64,000 nt of DNA from Felis catus (GCF_018350175.1 NC_058383.1:5582001-5646000); one strand, 5' to 3'. Shown: positions 51,133-62,917, counted from the first letter of the stretch. Numbers and translations: made by a program. Notes: a model not told the origin generated them from the sequence alone.

Positions 51133-52129
51133 GTGAGAGGAGGGCTGTGTGTCCAGCAGGGCTGGGCGGGCGTCGGCCTGCGAGACCTTCTCCGCGGGAC
51201 TTGAATGCTTGCTAATTTGGGGCTTTCCTGGTGTTTGCAGAGTAGATTAAAAAAAAAAAAATCCCTCAGAAAGCTCTCACAGTTCGAGAGCGCGCTCTCG
51301 GGGCCACAGCCCCCACCCGCAGGCCTCTGTCACTCCACAAGCTGAGTGCCACTGGACGTGTCCCCTCGCTGCCCCGGTTGGGCCGGGTGGCCCAGGGTGA
51401 CGGCCTGGCTGCAGGTCCCCAAACTTGCCCAGGGTGTCTGCCACCTTCTTTTCTTCTCTTTCCCCTTTTGGCCACAACGCCGCCTTCCCTCCTCCTTCCC
51501 CAGAGGGAAGCCATTCTTCAGAAAGCTTACTCTGTTCAGAACACTTGGCCCAAGATTTTGGGATTGAGCCCAGATGTGCTCTGGTTCTCCCCCGGGAGTA
51601 TTGACTTTACCATTAAGCCTCGGTCTTGTGCGATAGCAGGGGCCTGGGTGGGAGGTCACGGGCAGGGCCCATTTGCAGTGGTGTTATCTGGACATACGGA
51701 TCCTTTTTTCCCCGTAACTAGATTGGGAGATGAATGTCAACAGGTGCATTTTTTTCGATTTGAAGTTAGAAGTTCGGATAACAGCCACGAACCATGAAGA
51801 GCTTGTGTTCGTGTTTGGGCTCTGTTTAATTGTGCCGGTTAGATCACGCCCATTCCCTAGCGCTCTGTCAGAGATCAGAGCGGTTTTCTCCTGCCCTGAG
51901 CGTTGACACCGAGCTGCGTGTGAGCGGAGCAGGTGTGTGTGCTAGAGTGTGCGAGGGTCTGGCAGGTGCCGCTGTCACAGGAAGAAAACACGCGGCTGGA
52001 CAGGTGGTGGGTGGCCGCGCTCCCGGCTTCAGTTCCTGTTTCTGTAGCACAGGTCAGATGCCGTCCGGACTGTTTGCATCCAGGACGATCACGGCATAAA
52101 CCCACCTTTGCTCGTTCTCTCCTAAACAG

Positions 52130-52158
52130 GAAGCAGCGAAGATGGAGAAAAGGATTAG
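52130..52158 (+). CDS. LMTK2: LMTK2 final coding exon 14 (GSSEDGEKD*)
   Basis: ctctcctaaacag|GA AGC AGC GAA GAT GGA GAA AAG GAT TAG; matches recalled LMTK2 C-terminus. Confidence 0.94.
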
Positions 52159-55100
52159 GTGGATCCCGAGGCGCTCTCGGGTCCCAGGCTGCTCCCCCCG
52201 CCGGGCAGCATTCCTGCGCCGCAGCCCAGCAGTGACCTCCCCTCGACGGCGTCCGGCCCAGGAGAGAGACTGGGGAGGCCCAGAGGGAGCCGCGCTGGCC
52301 CCGTGCCCACAGCGGGAAGCCTGGCTGGGGGGGGGCCCTGCGGCCGCTCTCACCCACCAGAAGCGCTCGCGCCCCGGTCATCCTTGGGGAGCGCCGACCC
52401 TGCTCCGGTGTGTGGGAACTGTAGGTTCTGGGCCGTTTCCGGTTTCCCGGTGGTGGTGGGGGGGGGGTGTTCTCCACGTCCACACCTGCGCACCCCTTCT
52501 GTGCACGGGGGCCCGGAGGAGCACGATGGGAACGGGCACCAGTGAGCCATATTTATTATTTTTAAAGAAATCACTAATTGCTTTCTGTAATTGCACTGTG
52601 GATAAATGTTCTAAGAGTACCTGATATTGTACAGAATCTTAAATTATTCAAGGAAAATAAGGCAGGTCAAGCTGGTGCTATCCACTAGTTTGATTTTTTT
52701 CTCTGTTTTATAGTTTGTTTGCTCTGCATGGTACCTGTAAAGCTTAAATATTTTGAGTGTTCTGCTGTCTAGAGTTGTTGGAATTGTACATATGGTACTT
52801 TTTTGTAAATGATAAATGATTCCGAATGTTAGTGTTTTTTTTGTTCTTATAGGAAATATTTTTGATGAGTCCAAAAAGACTGCTTTGTTTTGTTGATCGA
52901 ATGAAACACACGTTTGTCTCTTTCTATAACGCAGGTTCCTTGTAGCAAGTGAGGCTTCCCTGAGGAGGTGAGGGGTTTGCAGCCCTCCTCGTGGTTCTCC
53001 CACCGCCCCCCACCCCCGGCTCCCCAGTTTTGTAAACCCTTTCGGTAACACTCGACGGGCGGTTCACCCCAGGGCTCAGCTGCGGGTTAAGGGCTGGGTC
53101 TCCTGCCCCCCTCCCTGGGGAGCTGAGTGCCCGCCCCCCGTGTGCGCTCTGCTGTGGCCCCTGCGCCTCCCCTCAAAGCCGGTTCTTCTCCTTATTGTGT
53201 GGAACCGCGGGCTGCTGCCCTGGCTTCCGTGTCCTCGTAGACGGTCCAGAGCTCTGAGCAAGAGCTGTCCCTGCAGGGCTCGTTGCCGAGGACAGTTTGA
53301 GTTCATTGCATTTGTACACGTCAGGTGGTGAGCTTCTAAGTAACCCATAGAGTTGGGTTTCCCCTCAAGAACCACCCCGCTTAGGGCCAGGCTCGGCCGG
53401 TCTCTGTCACCAAGGAGGTAACGCTACATCCTGCAGCCGGGAGGAGGGACGAGGGACAGTGGCGGAGCCCGCGCAGCCAGCCCGTCCTCCCGGTTGGGAC
53501 CCTGGGCGGCCCCGGATGGCCATCACACCCGGGCGTGGCCCTGGGACTCCTCTGCACTGACCCTTCCCTTCCACATTAAGCACCTCGTTCTTGCCCTCGC
53601 CTGGGAAGGGACCGAGTGTATCCAGCGCAGCCCCCCAGCGTTGGCAGGAATCGGGTGTTCGGGATAAAAAGCTGGCCTCGCTCTGCGGTCCGTGAGTCCC
53701 GCTTTGACACCAGGAAGTTTCCAGGGGCTAGAGAGCCGCGTGCTGAGGGAGGCTTGGCGTGCTCGCCACGAAACCGTGTGTATCGGGGGGTCTGACTTCG
53801 GGGCTGTGGTCCCCACACGCTGGCCCGTCACCCCGAATGTTTTCCGGTGCTGATTCGCTTGCCTGACTCCAGCGTGACACAGGTCCACTGGGCTGTGTGA
53901 CAGAAGTCCCAGCAGCTCTGGTCCCGGGGTGAGATGCACTTGTGGGTACTGGCTGGAGTTTACGAAGTAAATTATGACCTTGATTATCAATTCTGGCTCA
54001 CTCCGCTAACTTTGCATACCTAGCAATAACTTTCCCGAGCAAGAACTCAGAATGGAGAGAGAGCCCCCTTTACCCTCCGGGCGGTGTGAGCGGGGAGTGC
54101 GGCCAGGAGAGCTGGGCCTGTGATACGCAGACGGGAAACCATCACAGGGCATTAGAAGGTGATTTTGCCAAATTGTCATAACTCTGAATTTCTTGCTATG
54201 GAGACTTCCTGAGATTCCTGAGTTTTTACATCTAACTACCAGTCTTTGTGGAGAGAGAAATGAGAGGTGATGATTATACAAGTTTTTTCAAACTCTAAGG
54301 AGTTCAGATTTAATGACCGAAATCAAGCAGATCCATAGAATATATAGTCTTCTTATACAATCAGCCCGGGATAAATTTATAGATATTTGGGGGCTGTATC
54401 TTTTTCACTATGATTAAGGAGATTTTAACAACCTAATTCCCGTTTTAATTTAATTTAGGTCTATATTGCTGTCATGATTAGTTGCCAAAAGAAAGCATTT
54501 TATACACTGAGTTGGGGGGGTGGGTCTGAGTAGTAAATCTTACTGTGGTGGTTGGTGCATGGCGGGGAAGATTTTATATTTATAATACACATGTGAGTTA
54601 ACATGTTCTTTTGAAATCTCAAGCAATACACAGGAAACTAATGATGTAGATTAAAAATTTCAGCCCATCTTTGAAGCATCAGCATGTGCTTTGTTGTTCA
54701 ATTCCCGTTTTTGTTTCTGTTTTTGTTTTTTTGTGTTTTTAACTATGTTGGTTACCAGTAGTGGGTTTTCAGACCAAACTGGTCCTGAGAAGTTATGCAA
54801 TGAAATAAATCAGTGGAATCCTCTAGATAATATGTTTGAGGTTTATAATGCCTGGTCCACAATGGCATTTCCTGGCCTCTTTTGGAGTCTATCAGGTTTT
54901 GGTTAGTGTTACTCTGGTGGAGTTTACATATTTCAAATCCCAGAATAAAAAGAATCTCACCTTCATTTCCTTCCTAGCTAAATGTTCATTTGTGTTAATC
55001 CAATGATCCCATCATAAGCCAGAAAAAGAAATGTAAAAAAAAAAAGTGCTCCCCATATCCTTCTGGAACTTGGACTGTGTGTGTGTGGGTAAGAAGCCAT

Positions 55101-55968
55101 TTCTCTTCACCGTGAAGGAGCTCCACGAAGCTGAATTGAAAACAGCATCCGTTCTATTTTTAAACGTACAGGTGATTGTTTCTATAGAAATGGGTTTTAT
55201 CTTAGAAAAGTCTTTGTATGTCTTGCTGCCGTAAAAACACCTTTCAGAACCTCTCCCTTGTATTAGTTTTTCTGTAGGGTACTTGGAGGGCTAGTGACTT
55301 AACTGCATGTCTGTCCAGAGGGCCCGAGGCCCGAGGGAGGCAGCCCCCGGCTTTGCCCTACCCAGCCCTCCATCATCTGAAAACTCCGGGAGTGAACCCA
55401 AGTGTCGGGCTCCGAATGTTGGGCTCCAGTGACGGGGGCTTCAGAATAGTAGCCTTATGAGAAGGAGCCTTAAAATAAGATTGGGCAACGGAGTTACTTC
55501 ACATTTCAGTCTCCTGCACAACATTCCTAATAGTAACGGGGTTGGCTCAAGTGTTGGCTGTTAACAAAGAAACTTCTCTCCGGTACCTAAGTTCTGAAAC
55601 GTGTGGACAGTATTGAATTACCAACAACCTGTTACCGGAACGGCTTGAAAACATGTTTGAGTTGCTCAGGCTCACGCAGGCGCACGCAGACCTTCCTGAG
55701 GGGCCGGTGTGTGTATCCACTGTTGAATTCCGGCCGCGTATGAGGACCCCCTTGGGGCAGTCCACCCACGCGGCTTCCCTGTCGGGCTTTAACACAGTTG
55801 TAAGAGGTTCACGGCAATATAACCGCTAATGAACTTTCAGTTTAAATTGTGTACATTTTTAAATTGTAAGATTTTTACTGTATATTGATGCATAGTGTGA
55901 TTCAATAAATTGCTTGTAATTTAAAAACTATTTAATATTCAAAATAAATATAGTTATATATTTATAAA
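52159..55968 (+). other. LMTK2: LMTK2 3'UTR (~3.8 kb; 3' end approximate)
   Basis: Follows the stop codon; AU-rich blocks; ends at paired AATAAA signals followed by a GU/U-rich element. Confidence 0.75.
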
Positions 55969-55998
55969 CTCTGTTGCTGCGTTTGTTTCGTGTTTTTA
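55904..55998 (+). terminator. LMTK2: LMTK2 polyadenylation signals
   Basis: AATAAA at 55904-55909 and 55943-55948, UGUA elements upstream, downstream ctgttgctgcgtttgtttcgtgttttt GU-rich tract. Confidence 0.8.
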
Positions 55999-56799
55999 TC
56001 CGCTCTGCAAGGCCCAGGGTGTGTGACCAGGCACCGCCCGCCCTGCCGCAGGCCCTGGGACACGCAGTGCCCCGGTCTCCAGAGATAGCGTGCCCTTTTG
56101 CGTGAGAACATGAAGATTCGTGTGCTCACTGGAAAACTGAACTTTGATGCAGTGACTGTGCTGCCTCAAGGTGTATCTGTAATTCCAAGCCTTTGTCCTT
56201 CTTGATGAATTTCAGAAGCCTTTTAATTTCTGAGATACAGCCTCTAATGAACTGTAAAAGTCAAGAGGCTAATCAGTTCAACGCCAGCCTTTTCTATGTC
56301 CCGCGGTGGACCTCCGCCTCCTCCATCACCCCGTCCTTGCTCCGCCCCCCTCGCCAGCTGCCCAGAGCGGAGGGACAGCCTCCTACCAAGCAGGCCTGGC
56401 CCCAACCCCAGTCACACCAACTCCCTTGAAACCCCCAGGGAGTAGATGGAGACCCACGAGCATCCCTCTGGGCACCTCCGACAAGTGCGAGATGTGGGCG
56501 CCCACCGACCCCTAACCCCCGAACCTGCTGGTCACAAGGGGTGGGAAGCCAGGCCCAGACGCCGTCTCCCTGCACTCCAGGTGCGCCTCATCAGCCCAGA
56601 AGAACCCCTGAAGCCAGAGGCTGATTTTAACACCTTTTAGTGCTTCTGTAAAAGGGGAGGAAACTGAGGCAGGCAGGCAGGCGTTTTAGTAGAGCAGGTG
56701 GGTGGAAGCCGGGTTTAAGCCCAAGCTGACCACCTCTCGCCCCCTGGAGACCTCCTAAAACCGATGACCGACCAGGGTATTTCCCCCGTGACCTGCAAG

Positions 56800-57345
56800 C
56801 AGCTGTGGGGCCGGAGCGGGTCCTCCGCGGGGCAGGGCTCCGCCCCGGCCCCGGAACCTGCGCCGTGCGGGCCTGAGCCCTGCGGAGTGGTGGGGGAGCT
56901 CACGAAGCCCCCGGGTGCTGCAGGGGCCGCTGAAACACGGGCCACTACCTGTCTGAGAAATCAGTATTATTGCATAACGGCTTTCCGCCAGTTCTTCTGG
57001 CTTTGGCTTCTGTTCTGAGCCTTCGCCCCAAGGCCAGGTGCGGCGGCCAGGCACCGTCCCGAAAATTCCCCTCAGCGCCGGCGTGCTCTCAGAGGCCTCA
57101 GTCTCCCCCTCCGCCGAATGGGCTCTGGGCCCGGGCTCCCAGCTGCTGCCGGGAGGCTGCAGGGGCGGGGGGGCAGTGGGGGCGGCGTCCGGCCCCCGCC
57201 GCCCCAGCCCGCAGGTGCGCCGACGCCCCCTGCCGCCGGCAGAGACCCGCGCACCCCGGCCCCGCCCCGGCCCCGCCCCGCGGGCTCATTTACATGCGGC
57301 CGCGGCCCCGCCCGGGGCGGCTAAAGCGACGTGTCCTTGTCCCCC
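56800..57345 (+). promoter_or_regulatory. BHLHA15: BHLHA15 CpG-island promoter with tandem GC boxes
   Basis: CpG-dense; repeated GGCCCCGCCCC Sp/KLF boxes at ~57258-57320; ATTTACAT at 57288-57295; CGACGTGT at 57327-57334. Confidence 0.75.
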
Positions 57346-57382
57346 GTGGGCAGCCCTAGCGCGTGCAGCCGCGGATCTCCAG
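57335..57382 (+). other. BHLHA15: BHLHA15 non-coding exon 1 (start approximate)
   Basis: Strong donor CAG|gtaact at 57382/57383 just after the GC-box promoter; matching acceptor gatttcag| at 58058; two-exon structure is known for Mist1. Confidence 0.6.
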
Positions 57383-58111
57383 GTAACTAGGGGTGGGGGG
57401 TCCCGGCGGGACTGAGGGGAGAGGACCCAGGGGCGGGACCGGGTGGGGGTGGGGACGGGAATCCTGGGTTGGGGGGGGGCATCCACGCGGTGGAACTGGG
57501 GGCTGTGGCAGGCTCTGACGACTGTCGACCTCTGACCGCAGACAGCTGCCTCATGTCCACAGCGGTTCTGGCCCCAGTGTCTTCCCTGCATGTGTGACAT
57601 CCGGCGGTCAGTGTGGTGGCTGGAGTGGGTGCCTGTCCATGAGGGCAGACGCAGCAGCCACAGGCAGACGACCAGCCAGAGTCCTGCCACATCTCCTGAT
57701 CCACCTGCTCTGAGAAAAGTGTTAAGGGCCACCCAAACTCTGGAGGCATTCAGGGGGCAGTGAGGCTCCGGGGGCCAGAGAAAGGTCCAGGGATCAGTGC
57801 ATGTGGAGTTGGGGGGGCGGGGGCGGGACACCAAAGTCTGAGGGGTCGCCATGAGGTCAAACAGGAATGGGGGAGGCGTTGGCTCAGGGCTCCATGGGTG
57901 AATGGGAAGAACCCTGGGGTCACGGTGCCCCAAGTGGTCAGCTGCCATTGGGCAGTGAGGGGGCTGCCCAGGACGGCTGCCCTGAGTGTTCACTGGGCGT
58001 CCTAAGCGCCCACCAGCCTGCCGTGTGACCACAGGGTGGCCTGTGTTCTGGATTTCAGCTCCAAGGGCCTGCCTTAGAACCGCCACCCCCTGGGACAAGC
58101 AGCCTGGAGCC

Positions 58112-58675
58112 ATGAAGACCAAGAACCGGCCCCCCAGGCGCCGGGTGCCAGCGCAGGACCCAGAGGCCGCCGCAGGGGAACGGACCCCTGACGGGCCCCA
58201 GCAGGGTTCGGGGCTGGAGCTGGCCAAGGGTCTGCGGAGCAGGACAGTGCGGGCACAGGGGGCGCGGGCCGAGGGTGGGCGCAGGCGGCCGGGGGCCTCG
58301 GGGCCTGGTGGCCGGCGGGAGAACAGCGTCCAGCGGCGGCTGGAGAGCAATGAGCGAGAGCGGCAGCGTATGCACAAGCTGAACAACGCCTTCCAGGCGC
58401 TGCGAGAGGTCATCCCGCACGTTCGAGCCGACAAGAAGCTCTCCAAGATCGAGACGCTCACTCTGGCCAAGAACTACATCAAGTCGCTGACCTCCACCAT
58501 CCTGACCATGTCCAGCGGCCGCCTCCCGGGCCTGGACGGCCCGGGCCCCAAGCTCTACCAGCATTATCAGCAGCAGGCGGCGGCTGGGGGTGCACTGGGC
58601 GCCACCGAGCCCCAGCCCGAAGGCCACCTGCAGAGGTACTCCACGCAGATCCACAGCTTCCGGGAGGGCTCCTAG
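58112..58675 (+). CDS. BHLHA15: Class A basic helix-loop-helix protein 15 (MIST1), 187 aa
   Basis: gagccATG start; [11 protein letters not shown]...[52 protein letters not shown] bHLH ...[12 protein letters not shown]. Confidence 0.98.
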   Translation: MKTKNRPPRRRVPAQDPEAAAGERTPDGPQQGSGLELAKGLRSRTVRAQGARAEGGRRRPGASGPGGRRENSVQRRLESNERERQRMHKLNNAFQALREVIPHVRADKKLSKIETLTLAKNYIKSLTSTILTMSSGRLPGLDGPGPKLYQHYQQQAAAGGALGATEPQPEGHLQRYSTQIHSFREGS

Positions 58676-61110
58676 CGCCTGGCCTGGGGTCCGCGGCCTG
58701 GCCCGGCCCTGCTGCCTCTGTGCCGAGAGCCCCAGATTGGTGGGGACACCCCACGTGGATGTGGCCCCAGCGGCTCCATTTTCCCCGAACGCTCAGCTGC
58801 CTCCCTGGGGCATGGCCTGGTCCCCAGGGGACAAGACCAGTTGAGTGGCCTGCTTGAGGCCCTGGCTCTGGGCAGCAGGAGGCCCGAACCTTGACCTAAG
58901 TCCCAGGACCTGCTTTTCAATTGACCAGGCTGCAGTTGACAGGCCTTTGTAACTAAATTCTCTCCAGTCCCAACTCCTTCCTGAGACAAAGAGGGGGGGA
59001 GGGAGGGAGATTCCAGGAAAAGGTCCATGTGGGTAAGTTTCCACAGTTCCTGCTGAGGCCCCAGGCCCAGGAACAGTCCTCCTCCAACCTGCAATGTGGC
59101 CTCTTCGTTCAGGGTAAACTGAGGCACAGAGCAAGGAAAGGCCACGGACACGGAGTGTGGCTAAGCCGAGATGATTGAAGCGTGTAGTTCAGCGTGTGTC
59201 AGATAGAAACTCTCAAAACCCCACAAATCCTAATCCGATTACCTCAAATTAATTCTAAAGGGACCTTGGCAGGAAGAAGGGCTGGGATCTTTTCCTTCCT
59301 CCTCCTGGGTGGGGCTCCTGACTGTGGAGGGTCAGGCCCCAGGGGCTGCAGCCCAGCTCTCAGGGGCTTACAGACAGGTCTGGGAGAACGGCCCGGCTCT
59401 CCCTCCCTCGGCGTTTGCTGCTCGTGGTCGCATTTGTCACTGCTGTGGTCGTGTCACTGGCAGAGGGCGGTTGACAAAACTGCAGGGTGTTCTCGGGTCC
59501 TGGCTGGAGTTGGGGGCCTGCAGGGCTTTCTGGGGGAGGGATCCTGGGGTGGCAGGAGCTCCCCTCCCCCGCCTAGTGCTGCTCCTTAAAGGCGGGCCTG
59601 GGCAGTTTGGCAGGTCCCCCCCCCCCACTCCCCACAGTCCCAGGCCAAGCTTCCTTCTGTGACACTTCTGGCCCCGACAGGCTTTGGCGTCTCTCCTCCC
59701 TCATCCCTGTGCCCATGGCCAATATGGGGAGGGGACGAGCAACCTTGGCTGCCACGGGCAGGAACCCCAGTGACAAAGACTGTGGTGAAGGTAGAGCTGG
59801 CCTGGCATAGGAGGCCAGACCTCGCAGCCAGAGCTGTCCCAGAGGCCCTCAGGGGGCCGAGCCGCATGGGGGCAGGGCCACCTCACCCCTCCCCACCTCA
59901 CCCCAGCCCTGGGGGTCCTGGCCCCAGCTGCTTAATCCCCTCCCTGGCTTGGTGTCAGCATCAAGGACAGCAGGCAGCAGCCCTCAGAACAGCCGTTTGG
60001 GGCTTTGGTCCTGACTTTCCAGATCAGGCCCCATGCCAGGCCCCCTGGGAGGCCTGGTCCAATGCCAGCCCCACCGCCCCAGCCATCCCGCAGCACCGTC
60101 AGGTGAGGACCCCCGGTACTCTTGGCCTGCCCCTCAGAGGTGGCTGCTCTGGAAGGTCAGTGGTCAGGACACCCCACCGACTGGAGCCGAGGTTGAGGAC
60201 CACTTCGAGATCGGGACAGACGGGCCCCACACTCCCTGTGGGTGGCCTGCAAACCTTGTGGTTCTTATTCCGGCAGAGCCGAGGCCAGAGTAGGGGCTCC
60301 ATGCACCCCTGAACTTGCTGAATGAACCAACAGACTGAGCCGAAAGCACAGGGAGGGGTGCCCTGTGGACACTCCGTCCGGGGGACTATGTCCGATGACC
60401 AAGGGTGCTGGAGGGGCCCTGTGTGGGTCACCCCCTAGCAGATGACAGCCTTCAGGGCTCCATCTGTCCCAAACTGGCACCTGCATCCCCTCTGCTTCCC
60501 AGGGGGTGACCTGGGCCCAGATGTCTAGTCCTTCTTCCCCTGTGGCCACGTCACAAAGGACCCTTAAAGGTTCCACAGTTGCATTTGGGGGTGTTAAATA
60601 TGGCGGGCAGGTGGAGGAAGGTTCTGGGGATAGGCTAGTGAGGCCTGCTGCTGAGTCTGCTCCCTTGACCTTGTCTGGGACCCCAAGCCCAGTGAGACCC
60701 TTCTGCCCGGGGAGGGCGCCCAAAGCCAGCAACCCACTGGCCCCGAGCCCTGCCAGCTGGCCTGCACCCAGGCCTCGCATCCGCCTGCAGAACAGACCTG
60801 CATGAGCTCTGGAGGCTGAGATCCCCGCAGACGAGCTGAGAAACCAGAACTGTGACTTCTCTGTGTGGGAAACCCTGCCTGGAACTGAGTGGCCGGTGCC
60901 CCGCTGTGATTGTGGTGAAAATGTTCCTTAAATGACCCAAATTTGCTTTGATTTCTCCTAATGGTCCCCTTCAAAGTACTAATGAAACCAATGCTGTGTC
61001 CTAAAACAAAAAACAAAAGAAAGATTTCACCCCCCCCCCCCCCCCAGACTGCTAACTTTCGCCCCAGGCCGGATGGGGGAGAGGGGACTGCATTTTGATC
61101 ACAACGTAGC

Positions 61111-61163
61111 AATAAAAAAAATAGCATGTGTTTACACTCTGGTGTGAGTTTTTATTGAATAAA
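61111..61163. terminator. Convergent poly(A) signals of BHLHA15 (+) and TECPR1 (-)
   Basis: + strand AATAAA at 61111-61116 and 61158-61163; - strand AATAAA (TTTATT) at 61151-61156. Confidence 0.7.
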
Positions 61164-62473
61164 GAGCATCCAAGGAATCAGGATGGTTCGGTGGGGCGAG
61201 CAGGTAGACAGTGGGCACTCAGCAGGACGCGGTCGCCCTGGGGCAAGGGCAAGGTGAAAGCGGCTGCAGACAGCGGAGGGCAGGTCGGCAGATCGCTGCT
61301 TGCTGCCGTAGAAGAAATCCACCAGGCCCATCCGCAGACAACCAGATGGTGACGTGTAAACAGACAGGACCACGTCCCCCAGCCCACGCTCACACCTCCT
61401 GGTCCCACATGCAGAATTCACCGCAACGCAGAGACCATCAGCTCCCTCCAGGGCCCCCGCGGGGGAGGGGACCTCAGCCGAGACCTCTTCCAAGTCAGCC
61501 TTTGGGTGACAACGCCCTGCGTGGCCAAATGGGATCCGATGCACAGCTGGCCCCTCCTGATGGAATCCCAGGGAAGGCTGGCGTCGGTTCTGTTCCCAAA
61601 CCAGCAGAGGTGGGCTTGGGCTTCTAACGGCCTCCAGGCAAAGTGTCCGGTTGCAGGAGGCAAACTTGAGGCTTCGCCAGTGGGGTCATAATTGAATAAA
61701 AAGCAGCAGAAAAGCTGGTTTTCATTCAAGGAGCTTTCCTACCGGCCTGGCCGGGAAGACTCTTGCCCGGGGGTGTCGGGTTCGGGGCTGCGGCCTGCAC
61801 ACCCCATGTCCCTGCGGCCCCTACACAGTGTGATCAGACACAAAGGGGGCCGCCCCCAAAGCCAGCAGGGGAAAGGCTGGCTGAGGGCAGATGCCCACAG
61901 TTCTCTGCACGTGGACAGCTTCCCCCGTGCACGCCAAGGCGCCTGTGCCCACCCGGGAAAAAGATGCCCCTCCCCAGCCTTCACTCGCAAGCTGTCAACT
62001 CTTGCTGAACTTTTGAACTTAAACCGTGAGTCCGGCTTTGAGAAAAGACGACAGAATGGGGCAAAGTAGCCGCAAGACCCATAAGCCATTTTCTTGGGGC
62101 GAGGGGCAGTGCCCCTGTGCTGTCTGGGGACACCCAGGGCCTCATGGGTTCAGCTTCCCTGGAAGGCTCCAGGCTCTAGGTTCCCTTTCTGGAAAGACAG
62201 GAGGCAGAGGGGGAGAGGGACAGGCCGGAGAGGCAGGGATGAAGGGGCCCCCACCCCACTCCATGGCCCTCCTCGCAGACAGGGACACCGAGGGAGCGTC
62301 CATAAAGCTTCACATTTCTGGGCTGGTTCAGCCAGCGCCTCCGAGGTGGCTGTGACCTCGGGCCAGCTTCCCTCAAGGATCCACATCCAAGAACGGCTCA
62401 GACAGGAAGGCTCACATCATCCTTGATCCTTCACACCTGCATGAAGCCTCCTTCCAGGTGAGAGGAGACAACC
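61130..62473 (-). other. TECPR1: TECPR1 3'UTR (end approximate)
   Basis: Between the TECPR1 stop (62474) and the first minus-strand AATAAA I found (61151-61156). Confidence 0.6.
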
Positions 62474-62635
62474 TCAGCAGCGGACCAGGCTGGGGGCCTC
62501 CTGCGGGACGCCGGCCACCCCTGAGGGTGCACCGGGGAGGCCCCGCTCCCCACTGCATTCGGCAGCTCTCTCCTGGGACCTGCCCCTGAGGGCTCTGGTG
62601 GCATTGGCTCGGACGGAGATGTGATCCCAGCCCCC
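62474..62635 (-). CDS. TECPR1: TECPR1 last coding exon
   Basis: ctccttccag|GGG GGC TGG GAT CAC... GGWDHISVRANATRALRGRSQE...SLVRC*. Confidence 0.92.
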   Translation of the reverse strand, partial: GGWDHISVRANATRALRGRSQERAAECSGERGLPGAPSGVAGVPQEAPSLVRC

Positions 62636-62797
62636 CTGGAAGGAGAGAGCCTCGTCACCCGTGCTGCCGGGGGCCCAGGGGAGAGCCCAGGAGATCAAGG
62701 ACCCCGGAGGGGCTGTGTCCGGGGCCTCCCACCAGCCCCGGCGCCAGGTTCCAGCGCACACGGTGTGACCACGCAGCCCCAGGCCAGCCTTGCTCAC

Positions 62798-62917
62798 CCC
62801 AATGCCGTAGTCCCAGCCTTGCCCCTTGGGCTCTCGAGGCTGTACCCCTGTGCGATGACATACGGTCCCCCGGCTCAGGCTATGGCTCCCCTGGACCTTG
62901 TTGGCGATAACCCAGAC
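62798..62917 (-). CDS. TECPR1: TECPR1 penultimate coding exon (tectonin beta-propeller repeat)
   Basis: gttccag|VWVIANKVQGSHSLSRGTVCHRTGVQPREPKGQGWDYGIG|gtgagc; 120 nt. Confidence 0.93.

Noticed and set aside
57986..58111. 42-aa N-terminal extension of BHLHA15 in the ORF track
   Set aside because: Starts at a non-ATG codon inside intron 1 (acceptor at 58058); the ATG at 58112 gives the known N-terminus MKTKNR
57286..58654. 394-aa and 199-aa antisense ORFs over BHLHA15
   Set aside because: GC-rich shadow ORFs with low-complexity products and no domain
59194..62470. Numerous 60-217 aa ORFs between BHLHA15 and TECPR1
   Set aside because: GC-rich UTR sequence; overlapping ORFs in all frames with no homology or codon signal
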